Positions 35,547 through 43,279 of a stretch of 61,486 nt of DNA are shown piece after piece. The stretch spans positions 1-61,486 of the forward strand of contig WQWP01000001.1 in NCBI GenBank assembly GCA_009787485.1, read 5' to 3'. How positions within the stretch are numbered: the first letter of the stretch is position 1; each line of letters starts with the position of its first letter. Made by a program: the position numbers and the translations under genes. Below the pieces are notes generated by a model. It made no database searches. It was not told where the DNA came from and saw nothing but the letters and a program-made list of their open reading frames with translations. Origin of the DNA: Lentimicrobiaceae bacterium. GTDB taxonomy: Bacteria; Bacteroidota; Bacteroidia; Bacteroidales; WCHB1-69.

Positions 35547-35596
35547 CATATAAACTACCCCGCCCTGCGGGCACCCCTTCAAAATTTGAAGGGGAT
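35547..35596 (-). repeat. Double-hairpin element, copy D (reverse orientation)
   Basis: catataaactaccccgccctgcgggcaccccttcaaaatttgaaggggat, 48 nt upstream of the DUF559 ATG. Confidence 0.9.
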
Positions 35597-35604
35597 GTTT
35601 GGGT

Positions 35605-35628
35605 TGTCCTATACCGAGATATAGGACA
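35605..35628. repeat. Perfect 9-bp-stem hairpin next to copy D
   Basis: tgtcctata-ccgaga-tataggaca. Confidence 0.7.
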
Positions 35629-35815
35629 GAAATTTAGTTGGTTACAGGCTTTGTTGATGTAAATAAAGGGATCTGATTTTTCTGCGTAAATTTCGCGGCG
35701 AAGATATATAATGGAAAGGCGTTTGTCAAGAGGGGATGTTATTTTTTACTAAGTCTTTTTACAACACTATCATTTTTTTTGTTAATTAGCACCCAAATTT
35801 AAAACAGCAATTTCT

Positions 35816-36247
35816 ATGAAAAAACTTGAATTAAAATCAAGAAGATTGTTAAGAACAATTTTCGGCTGTATTAGCTTTACTGCGGTGGCTTTTGTTTTTC
35901 AGGCGTGCTATGGTACACCCCAAGATATGGACTTCCTTGATGTAAGAATTACCGGTACAGTGAAGTCTAAAACTACAGATCTGCCTATCGAAGGGATAAA
36001 AGTTAGCATTAAGGACTTACCATACGATTATGGACTTACTGATACAACGGGCGTTTTTGACTTTTATGCATATCTTCCGAATTATGTGCATCGGGTCAAT
36101 GACAGTGTGGTTTACAAACCCGACAGCTTAAAAATTCAATTTCTTGATATTGATGGTATCGAAAATGGCAGTTTTAATGATACAACAATCTACGTTCCCA
36201 CATATAGGAAGAGGATAGAAATTCATGTAGCATTAGAGGAAAAATGA
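35816..36247 (+). CDS. Putative lipoprotein with a CarboxypepD_reg-like beta-sandwich (radical-SAM-associated lipoprotein type)
   Basis: Lipobox-like FVFQAC, then ITGTVKSKTTDLPIEGIKVSI...TDTTGVFDF. The stop overlaps the rSAM start (ATGA). Confidence 0.7.
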   Translation: MKKLELKSRRLLRTIFGCISFTAVAFVFQACYGTPQDMDFLDVRITGTVKSKTTDLPIEGIKVSIKDLPYDYGLTDTTGVFDFYAYLPNYVHRVNDSVVYKPDSLKIQFLDIDGIENGSFNDTTIYVPTYRKRIEIHVALEEK

Positions 36248-37293
36248 CAAACCTCCTCCACACCATCTTCCGCAAAAACGAAACAAAACTCCACATCCTC
36301 AACTACCTATTTTGGGAATGCACCTGGCGTTGCAACCTGAAATGCCACCACTGCGGCTCCGATTGCAAGAGCAGCAGCACTCATCCCGATATGCCGTTTG
36401 AAGATTTCCTCAACGCCATTCAACCGCTTAAAAAAGAATACCCCAAAAATTCCATAACCGTTGCCATCATGGGTGGCGAGCCCCTGCTTCGTTCGGATTT
36501 GGCCGAGTGCGGCAAACAACTGCGCGAGCACGGCTTCCGATGGGGCATCGTTACAAACGGCTATGCCTACGACGAAGCGATGCACTCCAAACTGATTTCG
36601 GCAGGAATGGGCAGCATCACTGTCAGTTTAGACGGTTTGGAAGAAAATCATAATTGGCTAAGAAACAATCCGAAAAGTTTTGAACGCGCCGTGAAAGCGT
36701 TAGAGCTGATTATCTCTTACCCTCGTTTGAATTATGATGTTGTAACCTGCGTTCATCAAAAAAACATCGCAGAACTGCCTGATTTAAAAGAATTTCTAAT
36801 TTCCAAAAACATAAAAAACTGGCGCATTTTTACCATTGCGCCCATTGGCAGAGCCGCTGAAAATCAAGAAATGCTACTCTCAAACGAGCAAACGCGGCAA
36901 CTCATGAGTTTTATTGCAGCATCTCGCCAAAACGATCCCCGAATAAACCTCTATTTCAGCTGCGAAAGTTATGTTGGAGCGTATGAAAAAAAGGTGCGCG
37001 ACAGTTACTTCTTCTGCCGTGCAGGCATCAACATCGGCTCAGTGCTGATTGACGGCGCTATCTCCGCCTGCCCAAATATTGATAGAAGTTTTGCTCAAGG
37101 CAACATTTACAACGACAACCTTTTAGAAACATGGAAAAATCGTTTTGAAATTATGCGTAACCGAAACTGGTGTAAAACAGGCATTTGCAAAAACTGCAAA
37201 GATTTTAAACGTTGCAACGGCGGCGCCATGCACCTTTGGAATGAAAGACAAGATGGCATCATGGCTTGTATTGCAGAAAAATTAAAATTTTAA
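36244..37293 (+). CDS. Radical SAM / SPASM-domain protein
   Basis: CNLKCHHC (CxxxCxxC) near the N-terminus, and a C-terminal SPASM-type Cys cluster CRAG...ISACPN...CKTGICKNCKDFKRCNGG. Confidence 0.88.
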   Translation: MTNLLHTIFRKNETKLHILNYLFWECTWRCNLKCHHCGSDCKSSSTHPDMPFEDFLNAIQPLKKEYPKNSITVAIMGGEPLLRSDLAECGKQLREHGFRWGIVTNGYAYDEAMHSKLISAGMGSITVSLDGLEENHNWLRNNPKSFERAVKALELIISYPRLNYDVVTCVHQKNIAELPDLKEFLISKNIKNWRIFTIAPIGRAAENQEMLLSNEQTRQLMSFIAASRQNDPRINLYFSCESYVGAYEKKVRDSYFFCRAGINIGSVLIDGAISACPNIDRSFAQGNIYNDNLLETWKNRFEIMRNRNWCKTGICKNCKDFKRCNGGAMHLWNERQDGIMACIAEKLKF

Positions 37294-37294
37294 T

Positions 37295-38806
37295 ATGTTT
37301 TTCAAAAAAATATCGTTATATTCATTATTTATGAATTTTAACCTAATGAATACCCAACCTCACCATCCAAAATTCTCAATTCTCAATTCTCAATTCTCAA
37401 TTCTCATTCTCCTTTTCTCCCTTCTCCTTGCTCCTTTTACCTCTGTTTACGCCCAAAAAAAACAAAAAAAAGAAAAATCCACTAAACAAACCGAGCTTGT
37501 AATCAACGAGCGCAAGCAATCTATTGTTTTTGCCGATGGGCTTCGCGAGTTTTATTCGCAAAATTATTCTGCAGCAAAAAAATCGTTTCAGGAAGTATTG
37601 AAACAAAATCCTAAAAATCATGCGGCTCATTATCTGCTGCATAAAATAGCGGTGGAGCAACAAGATTACCTGTTGGCTTCCCATTATTTAAAGGAAGCGA
37701 TAAAATTGGATAAAAAAAATGAATGGTATCAGATTGATTTAGCGGGAGTTCACGAAAAATTGGGCGATTATGTAAGCGCTGCAAAAATTTGGGAAGAAAT
37801 ATGTAAAGTGAAATATAATAATGAATATTATTTAATATCGTTGGCAAACAGCTATTTACATTTAGGAAGATTGCACGATGTCATCAAAGTATATGATCGA
37901 ATAGAGAATCTCTTGGGAAAAAATGACGGTCTCACCGAAACCAAAAAAAATATATGGCTCTATTTAAACGATGTAAAAAACGCCGTGCGGGAATATGAAA
38001 AATTGATGGCGCTTTATCCTCATGAAATTGGATATTACATTATTGCCGGCGAAATTTACTTGTCGAACAACATGCCGGACAAAGCGTTTCCTTTCTTTCA
38101 GCAAGCCATGCAGATAGATGCAGAAGATCCTGATTTGAACTTGGCATTGGCAAACTATTACGAGCGCGTTAAAAAACCGGAGGAAAGTTTTGAGGCATTA
38201 TTAAAGGCTATTTCGAGCAAGGAGTTAGAGATTGAAGAAAAAATTCCTACACTGAAAACCTATTTAGCCAACGCTTTTCGTTTGCAAGTTCCCGACATAT
38301 TGGAAAAAACTGAAAAATTAGCCCAAGCGGTTACCATAGCGCATCCTTTCGATTTGGAAGGTTGGGCATCTTTAGCCAAACTCAGCTCGCTAAAAAAACA
38401 ATATCAGGAAGCTAAGTTGCTCTACGAAAAATGTATAGCGTTAGATGAAGCACAATTTTCCATTTGGGAAGATTATTTTTATGTGTTGGCAAAATTGGAA
38501 GATTATCAAACCATTATCGCCAATGAGAAATTAGTAGAAGAATATTTTCCTACCAATGCCACCATTCAATACAGTTTGGCGCTGGCTTTATACAAAGAAA
38601 AACAGTTCGAGAGCGCTTTAAAGGCTGCCAAACGCGCATTAGCATTCACTTTTGAAAATAGTTTCGTAGCAGATTTGAATCTATTACTTGGCGACATCGC
38701 GATTGAATTGGAGCAAAAAGAGGAAGCGGTAAAATATTGGAAAACAGCGCAACGCCGCGGGATTAACACCCCTGAGCTGCAAAACAAAATAGAAACCAAT
38801 CAATAA
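37295..38806 (+). CDS. Secreted TPR-repeat protein
   Basis: The ATG lies 2 nt after the rSAM stop. There is a hydrophobic N-terminus ending VYAQ and multiple 34-aa TPR-like units (A..Y..A...F..AL..NP...A.Y.L). Confidence 0.8.
   Translation: MFFKKISLYSLFMNFNLMNTQPHHPKFSILNSQFSILILLFSLLLAPFTSVYAQKKQKKEKSTKQTELVINERKQSIVFADGLREFYSQNYSAAKKSFQEVLKQNPKNHAAHYLLHKIAVEQQDYLLASHYLKEAIKLDKKNEWYQIDLAGVHEKLGDYVSAAKIWEEICKVKYNNEYYLISLANSYLHLGRLHDVIKVYDRIENLLGKNDGLTETKKNIWLYLNDVKNAVREYEKLMALYPHEIGYYIIAGEIYLSNNMPDKAFPFFQQAMQIDAEDPDLNLALANYYERVKKPEESFEALLKAISSKELEIEEKIPTLKTYLANAFRLQVPDILEKTEKLAQAVTIAHPFDLEGWASLAKLSSLKKQYQEAKLLYEKCIALDEAQFSIWEDYFYVLAKLEDYQTIIANEKLVEEYFPTNATIQYSLALALYKEKQFESALKAAKRALAFTFENSFVADLNLLLGDIAIELEQKEEAVKYWKTAQRRGINTPELQNKIETNQ
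37370..37437. repeat. Heptamer array (attctca, about 5 units) fused to a CT-rich tract, inside the 5' end of the TPR CDS
   Basis: aattctcaattctcaattctcaattctcattctccttttctcccttctccttgctcctttt. It encodes KFSILNSQFSILILLFSLLLAPF. Confidence 0.85.
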
Positions 38807-38826
38807 CCGTTGGCTAAAGCCAACGG
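38807..38826 (+). terminator. Short hairpin after the TPR gene (REP-like or weak terminator)
   Basis: ccgttggc-taaa-gccaacgg, an 8-bp stem directly after the stop codon, with no clear T-tract. Confidence 0.35.
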
Positions 38827-38835
38827 CAATATCTT

Positions 38836-39399
38836 ATGAAACGCCTCTTTATTGCCATAGACACTGAGTTGTCGAGCGAATTTCAGGCATTAACCCAACA
38901 ACTGCAACACGAGTTAAGAAACGACGATATTGTGTGGGTAAAAAGCCACTTACAACACCTTACCTTGCGTTTTCTCGGCGAAACCCCCGAAGCCAAAATC
39001 GAGCCCATTGCGGACGCTTTGGTTGCCATAGCAAATATAACATCACCCTTTGAATTACAGTTAGATAAAATGGGCGTTTTTGGCAGTAAATATGCGCCTT
39101 CCGTTTTGTGGTACGGTTTTTCCGAATTTTCATTATTCAAAAATCTGTTTGAAAACTTGGAAAAAGAGCTGTTTCAAATCGGATTTCAGGAAAACTATGG
39201 AAATTTCGTGCCTCATATCACAGTAGGAAGAATAAAAAAAGTGGATAGCAAGAAGCGTTTTTGGGAAACGATTGAAAAGCGGCAGCCGCATTTCTCGCAA
39301 ACCGTGCCCGTTCAGCGGCTTAAGCTGATGCAGAGCAAACTTACGAATGAAGGACCTGTGTATAGGACGTTATTTGAGTTTGAATTAAAAAACATTTAA
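38836..39399 (+). CDS. thpR: RNA 2',3'-cyclic phosphodiesterase (2H phosphoesterase, LigT/ThpR family)
   Basis: Two H-x-T-x motifs at the expected spacing: HLTLRFLGE and PHITVGRI. The protein is 187 aa. Confidence 0.85.
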   Translation: MKRLFIAIDTELSSEFQALTQQLQHELRNDDIVWVKSHLQHLTLRFLGETPEAKIEPIADALVAIANITSPFELQLDKMGVFGSKYAPSVLWYGFSEFSLFKNLFENLEKELFQIGFQENYGNFVPHITVGRIKKVDSKKRFWETIEKRQPHFSQTVPVQRLKLMQSKLTNEGPVYRTLFEFELKNI

Positions 39400-39407
39400 T
39401 ATCTTTG
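39400..39407 (+). promoter_or_regulatory. Candidate -7 box (TATCTTTG)
   Basis: Exact TAnnTTTG match about 68 nt upstream of the ATG at 39476. Confidence 0.3.
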
Positions 39408-39475
39408 CCCCCAAAATCATAGGAGGTGCCGAAAATCCTTTAAAGAGTAAGCGTAATTATTTAATATTTAAACTT

Positions 39476-39718
39476 ATGAAAAAAATATTTGTACTATTAA
39501 TAGCAGTAGCGTTCTGTTTTGGCGTCATGTCCTGTGTAAGAGACTGCAAATGTATCGGAACTTATAAGGTAGTAAAAGATGATAAGGTTATAGATGAGGA
39601 CATTATTAATCAAACGGTACAATTGACCAAATCTGACTGCGCAAAATACGAATATAAACCTGTTGATCCTGATCCTGAAGTACAGGTAATCACAGATATT
39701 ACCTGCACATCTGAATAA
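39476..39718 (+). CDS. Small Cys-rich lipoprotein (80 aa)
   Basis: The signal peptide plus lipobox reads LLIAVAFCFGVMSC. The mature part of about 60 aa has four further Cys residues and an acidic Pro-rich stretch (PVDPDPEVQ). Confidence 0.55.
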   Translation: MKKIFVLLIAVAFCFGVMSCVRDCKCIGTYKVVKDDKVIDEDIINQTVQLTKSDCAKYEYKPVDPDPEVQVITDITCTSE

Positions 39719-39756
39719 AAAAATATTCAAACGAATAGAAAATAAAATTATAGCCC

Positions 39757-40737
39757 GTGCTCAATTTTTCAATAATCATTACTGTTTATAACACGCCAGA
39801 TGAGGTTAATGAATTTCTAAATAGCCTGACCATGCAAACTGACCCGAATTTTGAGGTCATTGTAGTGGAAGACAGCTTAAAAGCTCCGTGTAAAGAGGTT
39901 TGCGAACAATATTCAGATAGATTAGAGATACATTACTATTTCGTTCCCCCATCGGGGCGCAGCGAAAAACGAAATTTTGCCATGCAGCAGGCACACGGAG
40001 ATTATTTTATTATTTTTGATACGGATTGCATTATTCCTCCCCATTATATTGAGATTGTGCGAAGAAGATTGACCTCCAACTATGTAGGTTGCTACGGAGG
40101 GCCTGACAGTGCAGACAAATCATTCACCGATACGCAAAAAGCTATTAATTTTACTATGACCTCTACGATGACTACCGGAGGAATCAGAGGTGGCGCCATC
40201 AAACCTGAAAAGTTTTTCCCGCGTTCCTTCAATATGGGATTATCTAAGCAAGTGTTTGAAACAGTAGGAGGTTTCAGAAATGTAATCGGAGAAGATACGG
40301 ATTTAAGCATCCGCATCAAAAATGCAGGATTTCGCGTAATGCTTTTAAAAGAAGCGGTGGTTTTTCATAAACGAAAAATAGATTTTAAAAAGTTCTTTAA
40401 ACAGGTAACTACCTTTGGCAAAGCAAGAATGATATTGGCAAGACTACATCCGGGCTCGTTAAAACTGATACACCTTTTCCCTGCTTGTTTTCTATTGGGC
40501 AATGTGGCATTAGTTTTATTAAGTTTGATTTTTCTTAACTTTTGGCTTTTATTACCAATCGGAATATTTGTCTTAGCTATATTTATTGAATCTTTATTCA
40601 AAAACGGGAAAATGAATATTGCATTGATGGCAATTGCAGCCTGTTATATTCAATTATTCGGCTATGGCTTCGGATTCCTTTCGGAATGGATTACCAAAAA
40701 GGCTTCTAAATCAACACAGGAAGAGTTGTACAAATAA
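39757..40737 (+). CDS. Family 2 glycosyltransferase with a C-terminal membrane region
   Basis: GTG start, FSIIITVYNTPDEV, a DxD-like IIFDTDC, then 3-4 hydrophobic helices. Confidence 0.8.
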   Translation: MLNFSIIITVYNTPDEVNEFLNSLTMQTDPNFEVIVVEDSLKAPCKEVCEQYSDRLEIHYYFVPPSGRSEKRNFAMQQAHGDYFIIFDTDCIIPPHYIEIVRRRLTSNYVGCYGGPDSADKSFTDTQKAINFTMTSTMTTGGIRGGAIKPEKFFPRSFNMGLSKQVFETVGGFRNVIGEDTDLSIRIKNAGFRVMLLKEAVVFHKRKIDFKKFFKQVTTFGKARMILARLHPGSLKLIHLFPACFLLGNVALVLLSLIFLNFWLLLPIGIFVLAIFIESLFKNGKMNIALMAIAACYIQLFGYGFGFLSEWITKKASKSTQEELYK

Positions 40738-40738
40738 A

Positions 40739-41638
40739 TTATTCGTGTATTTTTTTATACATTTCAAGACCATCTTCCAAAGAAATTTCAGTTTTCCAAT
40801 TCAATAACTCCATATTATTGTTCACCGGAGCTACTGCATACATGGTATCTAACGGACGATACGAAATTCCGCCCCAATTTGCGTTGCAACTTTTTCCGAA
40901 TATCTTTTCCATCATTTTTGCTAAATCTCTAACCGAAGTGCCTGTTCCTGTACCGATATGAAACTCCTCCCCTATCGGAAATTGAAGAAATTGATCAAAC
41001 TTTTTGATAATTAAAAGAAAGAATGAAGCTATATCTTTAACATGAGTAAAATCTAATATCTGTTCTCCTTTCGACATTTTCACAGGCTGTTCGGCATCCA
41101 AAGATTCCCGGATATAATCAATAATTTTCTTAGCAGTATCTTTTCCTCCATAAAGAGAATAAGGAACTAAGTGAACCGCCTTAAAGTCCGATAAGTTAGC
41201 ATAATATTCTACAAAGCAACGAAATGCGGATTTTGTAGCAGAATAAAGATAACTATTGCTAATTTTTTGTGTACCTTGATTATACTCGGCAAACGTGCCT
41301 ATATTCACAAAAAGTTGCAAATTGTTACAAAAAGAAAGGTGATGCAGCAATTTTACACCAAATTCTATATTGGCTTCCAACATCGGATGAATAATCTCCT
41401 CATCATTTCTGCTGGTGGAAAGCGTTGCCAAATGATATACCAAATTAGGGTTAAAATATTGAATAAGAGGCAATTCTTGTATCGAAATATGTTTACATTG
41501 AGAATATGGAAACAATCCGCTTGCTTCTTCCACAGAAAGATTTACCGTCATGATTTCAACCTCCGGAAAAGTTTGAATAAGTTCTGGAATAAAATTTTGT
41601 CCCACATATCCGGTGGCTCCGGTGATTACTATTTTCAT
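40739..41638 (-). CDS. NAD-dependent epimerase/dehydratase family (extended SDR) protein, probable 4-ketoreductase
   Basis: GATGYVGQNF Rossmann motif and a YSATK catalytic YxxxK. It is the last gene of the CDP-sugar operon. Confidence 0.75.
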   Translation of the reverse strand: MKIVITGATGYVGQNFIPELIQTFPEVEIMTVNLSVEEASGLFPYSQCKHISIQELPLIQYFNPNLVYHLATLSTSRNDEEIIHPMLEANIEFGVKLLHHLSFCNNLQLFVNIGTFAEYNQGTQKISNSYLYSATKSAFRCFVEYYANLSDFKAVHLVPYSLYGGKDTAKKIIDYIRESLDAEQPVKMSKGEQILDFTHVKDIASFFLLIIKKFDQFLQFPIGEEFHIGTGTGTSVRDLAKMMEKIFGKSCNANWGGISYRPLDTMYAVAPVNNNMELLNWKTEISLEDGLEMYKKIHE

Positions 41639-41643
41639 CTCGC

Positions 41644-42189
41644 TTAGTTTCTAAATTTATATGCGCCAAAAAGGGGTAAGTCTTTATCTTTTTCCGATAA
41701 AATGGGATGTACAATTTCCCAATCAAATCCAAAACTATCGTATCTGATGCCTACATCATCTTTCGGAACGTGTAATTGTGTGGCCATATACATTACGATA
41801 GAATTATCAGTTAGTACTCTATATCCATGGGCGCAACCAATTGGAATATAGAGCGCTTTCGGTGATTTTTCATCCAAAATAGTATCAAAATATTTTCCAT
41901 AGGTGGGCGATTTTTCCCTGATATCCAAAACAACGTCATGCACTTTTCCTTGAATAATTGAAACAATTTTTTCGCAGGCATACTCGCCAACCTGCAAGTG
42001 CATTGCCCGTATCACATCTTTTTTCGATTTGGTGAACCATGTTTCCTTAATGTCAATATTTATTTTTTCGGGTAAATTATGCTGGTAATTTTCTGCATTG
42101 AAAGGCTTAAACAACTCGCCTCTAAGATCATGGAAAGGATTCAGTGCAATTGTATAAACTCCTTCTATCGGTGTGGATTCAAAAATCAT
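41644..42189 (-). CDS. RmlC-like cupin (sugar-nucleotide 3,5- or 5-epimerase family)
   Basis: 181 aa with IRAMHLQ...GKVHDVVLDIREKSPTYGKY...LYIPIGCAHGY, matching the dTDP-4-dehydrorhamnose 3,5-epimerase fold pattern. Confidence 0.8.
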   Translation of the reverse strand: MIFESTPIEGVYTIALNPFHDLRGELFKPFNAENYQHNLPEKINIDIKETWFTKSKKDVIRAMHLQVGEYACEKIVSIIQGKVHDVVLDIREKSPTYGKYFDTILDEKSPKALYIPIGCAHGYRVLTDNSIVMYMATQLHVPKDDVGIRYDSFGFDWEIVHPILSEKDKDLPLFGAYKFRN

Positions 42190-43267
42190 AAGCCATATAT
42201 TGTTGTATCTGTTTCAAACAGAGTTGATAAACATTTTGATTTTGATAGTTTCGATACCAGTCAACGGTCATTTTCACCGTTTCATCAATATTCATTCTTG
42301 GTTGCCAACCCAACTCAGATTTTGCTTTATGTATATTCAGCATCAACAAATTGGCTTCATGGAAGTCGTGAGGATTTGAAATATCTCTCAACACTCCTTT
42401 TCCGTAATATTGTATGACTTTAGAGGCAACAAACCACACATTTTCAATAGATTTCATCTCTGGCCCGAAGTTCCATCCTTCACAATATTGAGCAGGTTCT
42501 TCCCACATTCTTTTCGCCAGCAACAAATATCCGTTCAAAGGTTCTAAAACGTGCTGCCATGGGCGAATAGCTTTTGGATTTCTGATAAGAATCGCTTCAT
42601 CTGCTTCTAATGCGCGGATACAGTCGGGAAGGATCCGGTCGGCTGTCCAGTCGCCGCCCCCGATTACGTTTCCGGCTCTTGCGCTGGCAATTGACTTACC
42701 ATGTTTTGCATAATCTTTCGGATGCATGAACGAGCGTCTCCACGAAGATATGGCTAATTCTGCCGCTCCTTTAGAAGACGAGTAGGGGTCGTAGCCGCCC
42801 ATCCGGTCATTTTCGCAATACCCCACAGTTTGCTCTTTATTTTCATAGCATTTATCGGTAGTAATCATAACAACCACTTTCGCCGAGGCGCATCTCCTGA
42901 AAGATTCCATCACATGAATACTTCCCATGACGTTTGTTTGATAGGTTTCAACAGGCTCTTGATACGACAGCCGCACTAATGGTTGAGCCGCCAAATGAAA
43001 AATAATGTCAGGTTGCACTTGTTGAATTACCTCATCTAAACATTTTGCGTCTCTAATATCTCCTCTAATATCTTTTATTTTTGAAGAAAGCTCCGACAAA
43101 ACAAAGTTATCTCTATTCGTGTATGGATCTAAAGCAAAGCCTGTTACTTCCGCGCCCAACTCGTGCAGCCAAAGCGACAACCATGAGCCTTTGAATCCAG
43201 TGTGTCCTGTAACCAAAACCTTTTTACCTTTATAAAAATGATTGAATAGATCCATATTATTTGTCAT
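42179..43267 (-). CDS. rfbG: CDP-glucose 4,6-dehydratase
   Basis: VLVTGHTGFKGSWLSLWL, YSSSK (YxxxK), and a length of about 360 aa. Confidence 0.88.
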   Translation of the reverse strand: MTNNMDLFNHFYKGKKVLVTGHTGFKGSWLSLWLHELGAEVTGFALDPYTNRDNFVLSELSSKIKDIRGDIRDAKCLDEVIQQVQPDIIFHLAAQPLVRLSYQEPVETYQTNVMGSIHVMESFRRCASAKVVVMITTDKCYENKEQTVGYCENDRMGGYDPYSSSKGAAELAISSWRRSFMHPKDYAKHGKSIASARAGNVIGGGDWTADRILPDCIRALEADEAILIRNPKAIRPWQHVLEPLNGYLLLAKRMWEEPAQYCEGWNFGPEMKSIENVWFVASKVIQYYGKGVLRDISNPHDFHEANLLMLNIHKAKSELGWQPRMNIDETVKMTVDWYRNYQNQNVYQLCLKQIQQYMAYDF

Positions 43268-43279
43268 AGTTTGAATAGA

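Larger units (their letters stand above)
35019..35596. mobile_element. Candidate cassette: DUF559 endonuclease gene bounded by inverted double-hairpin repeats
   Basis: Copies C (35019..35077) and D (35547..35596) are reverse complements of each other and flank the only ORF between them. Mobility is inferred, not shown. Confidence 0.3.
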
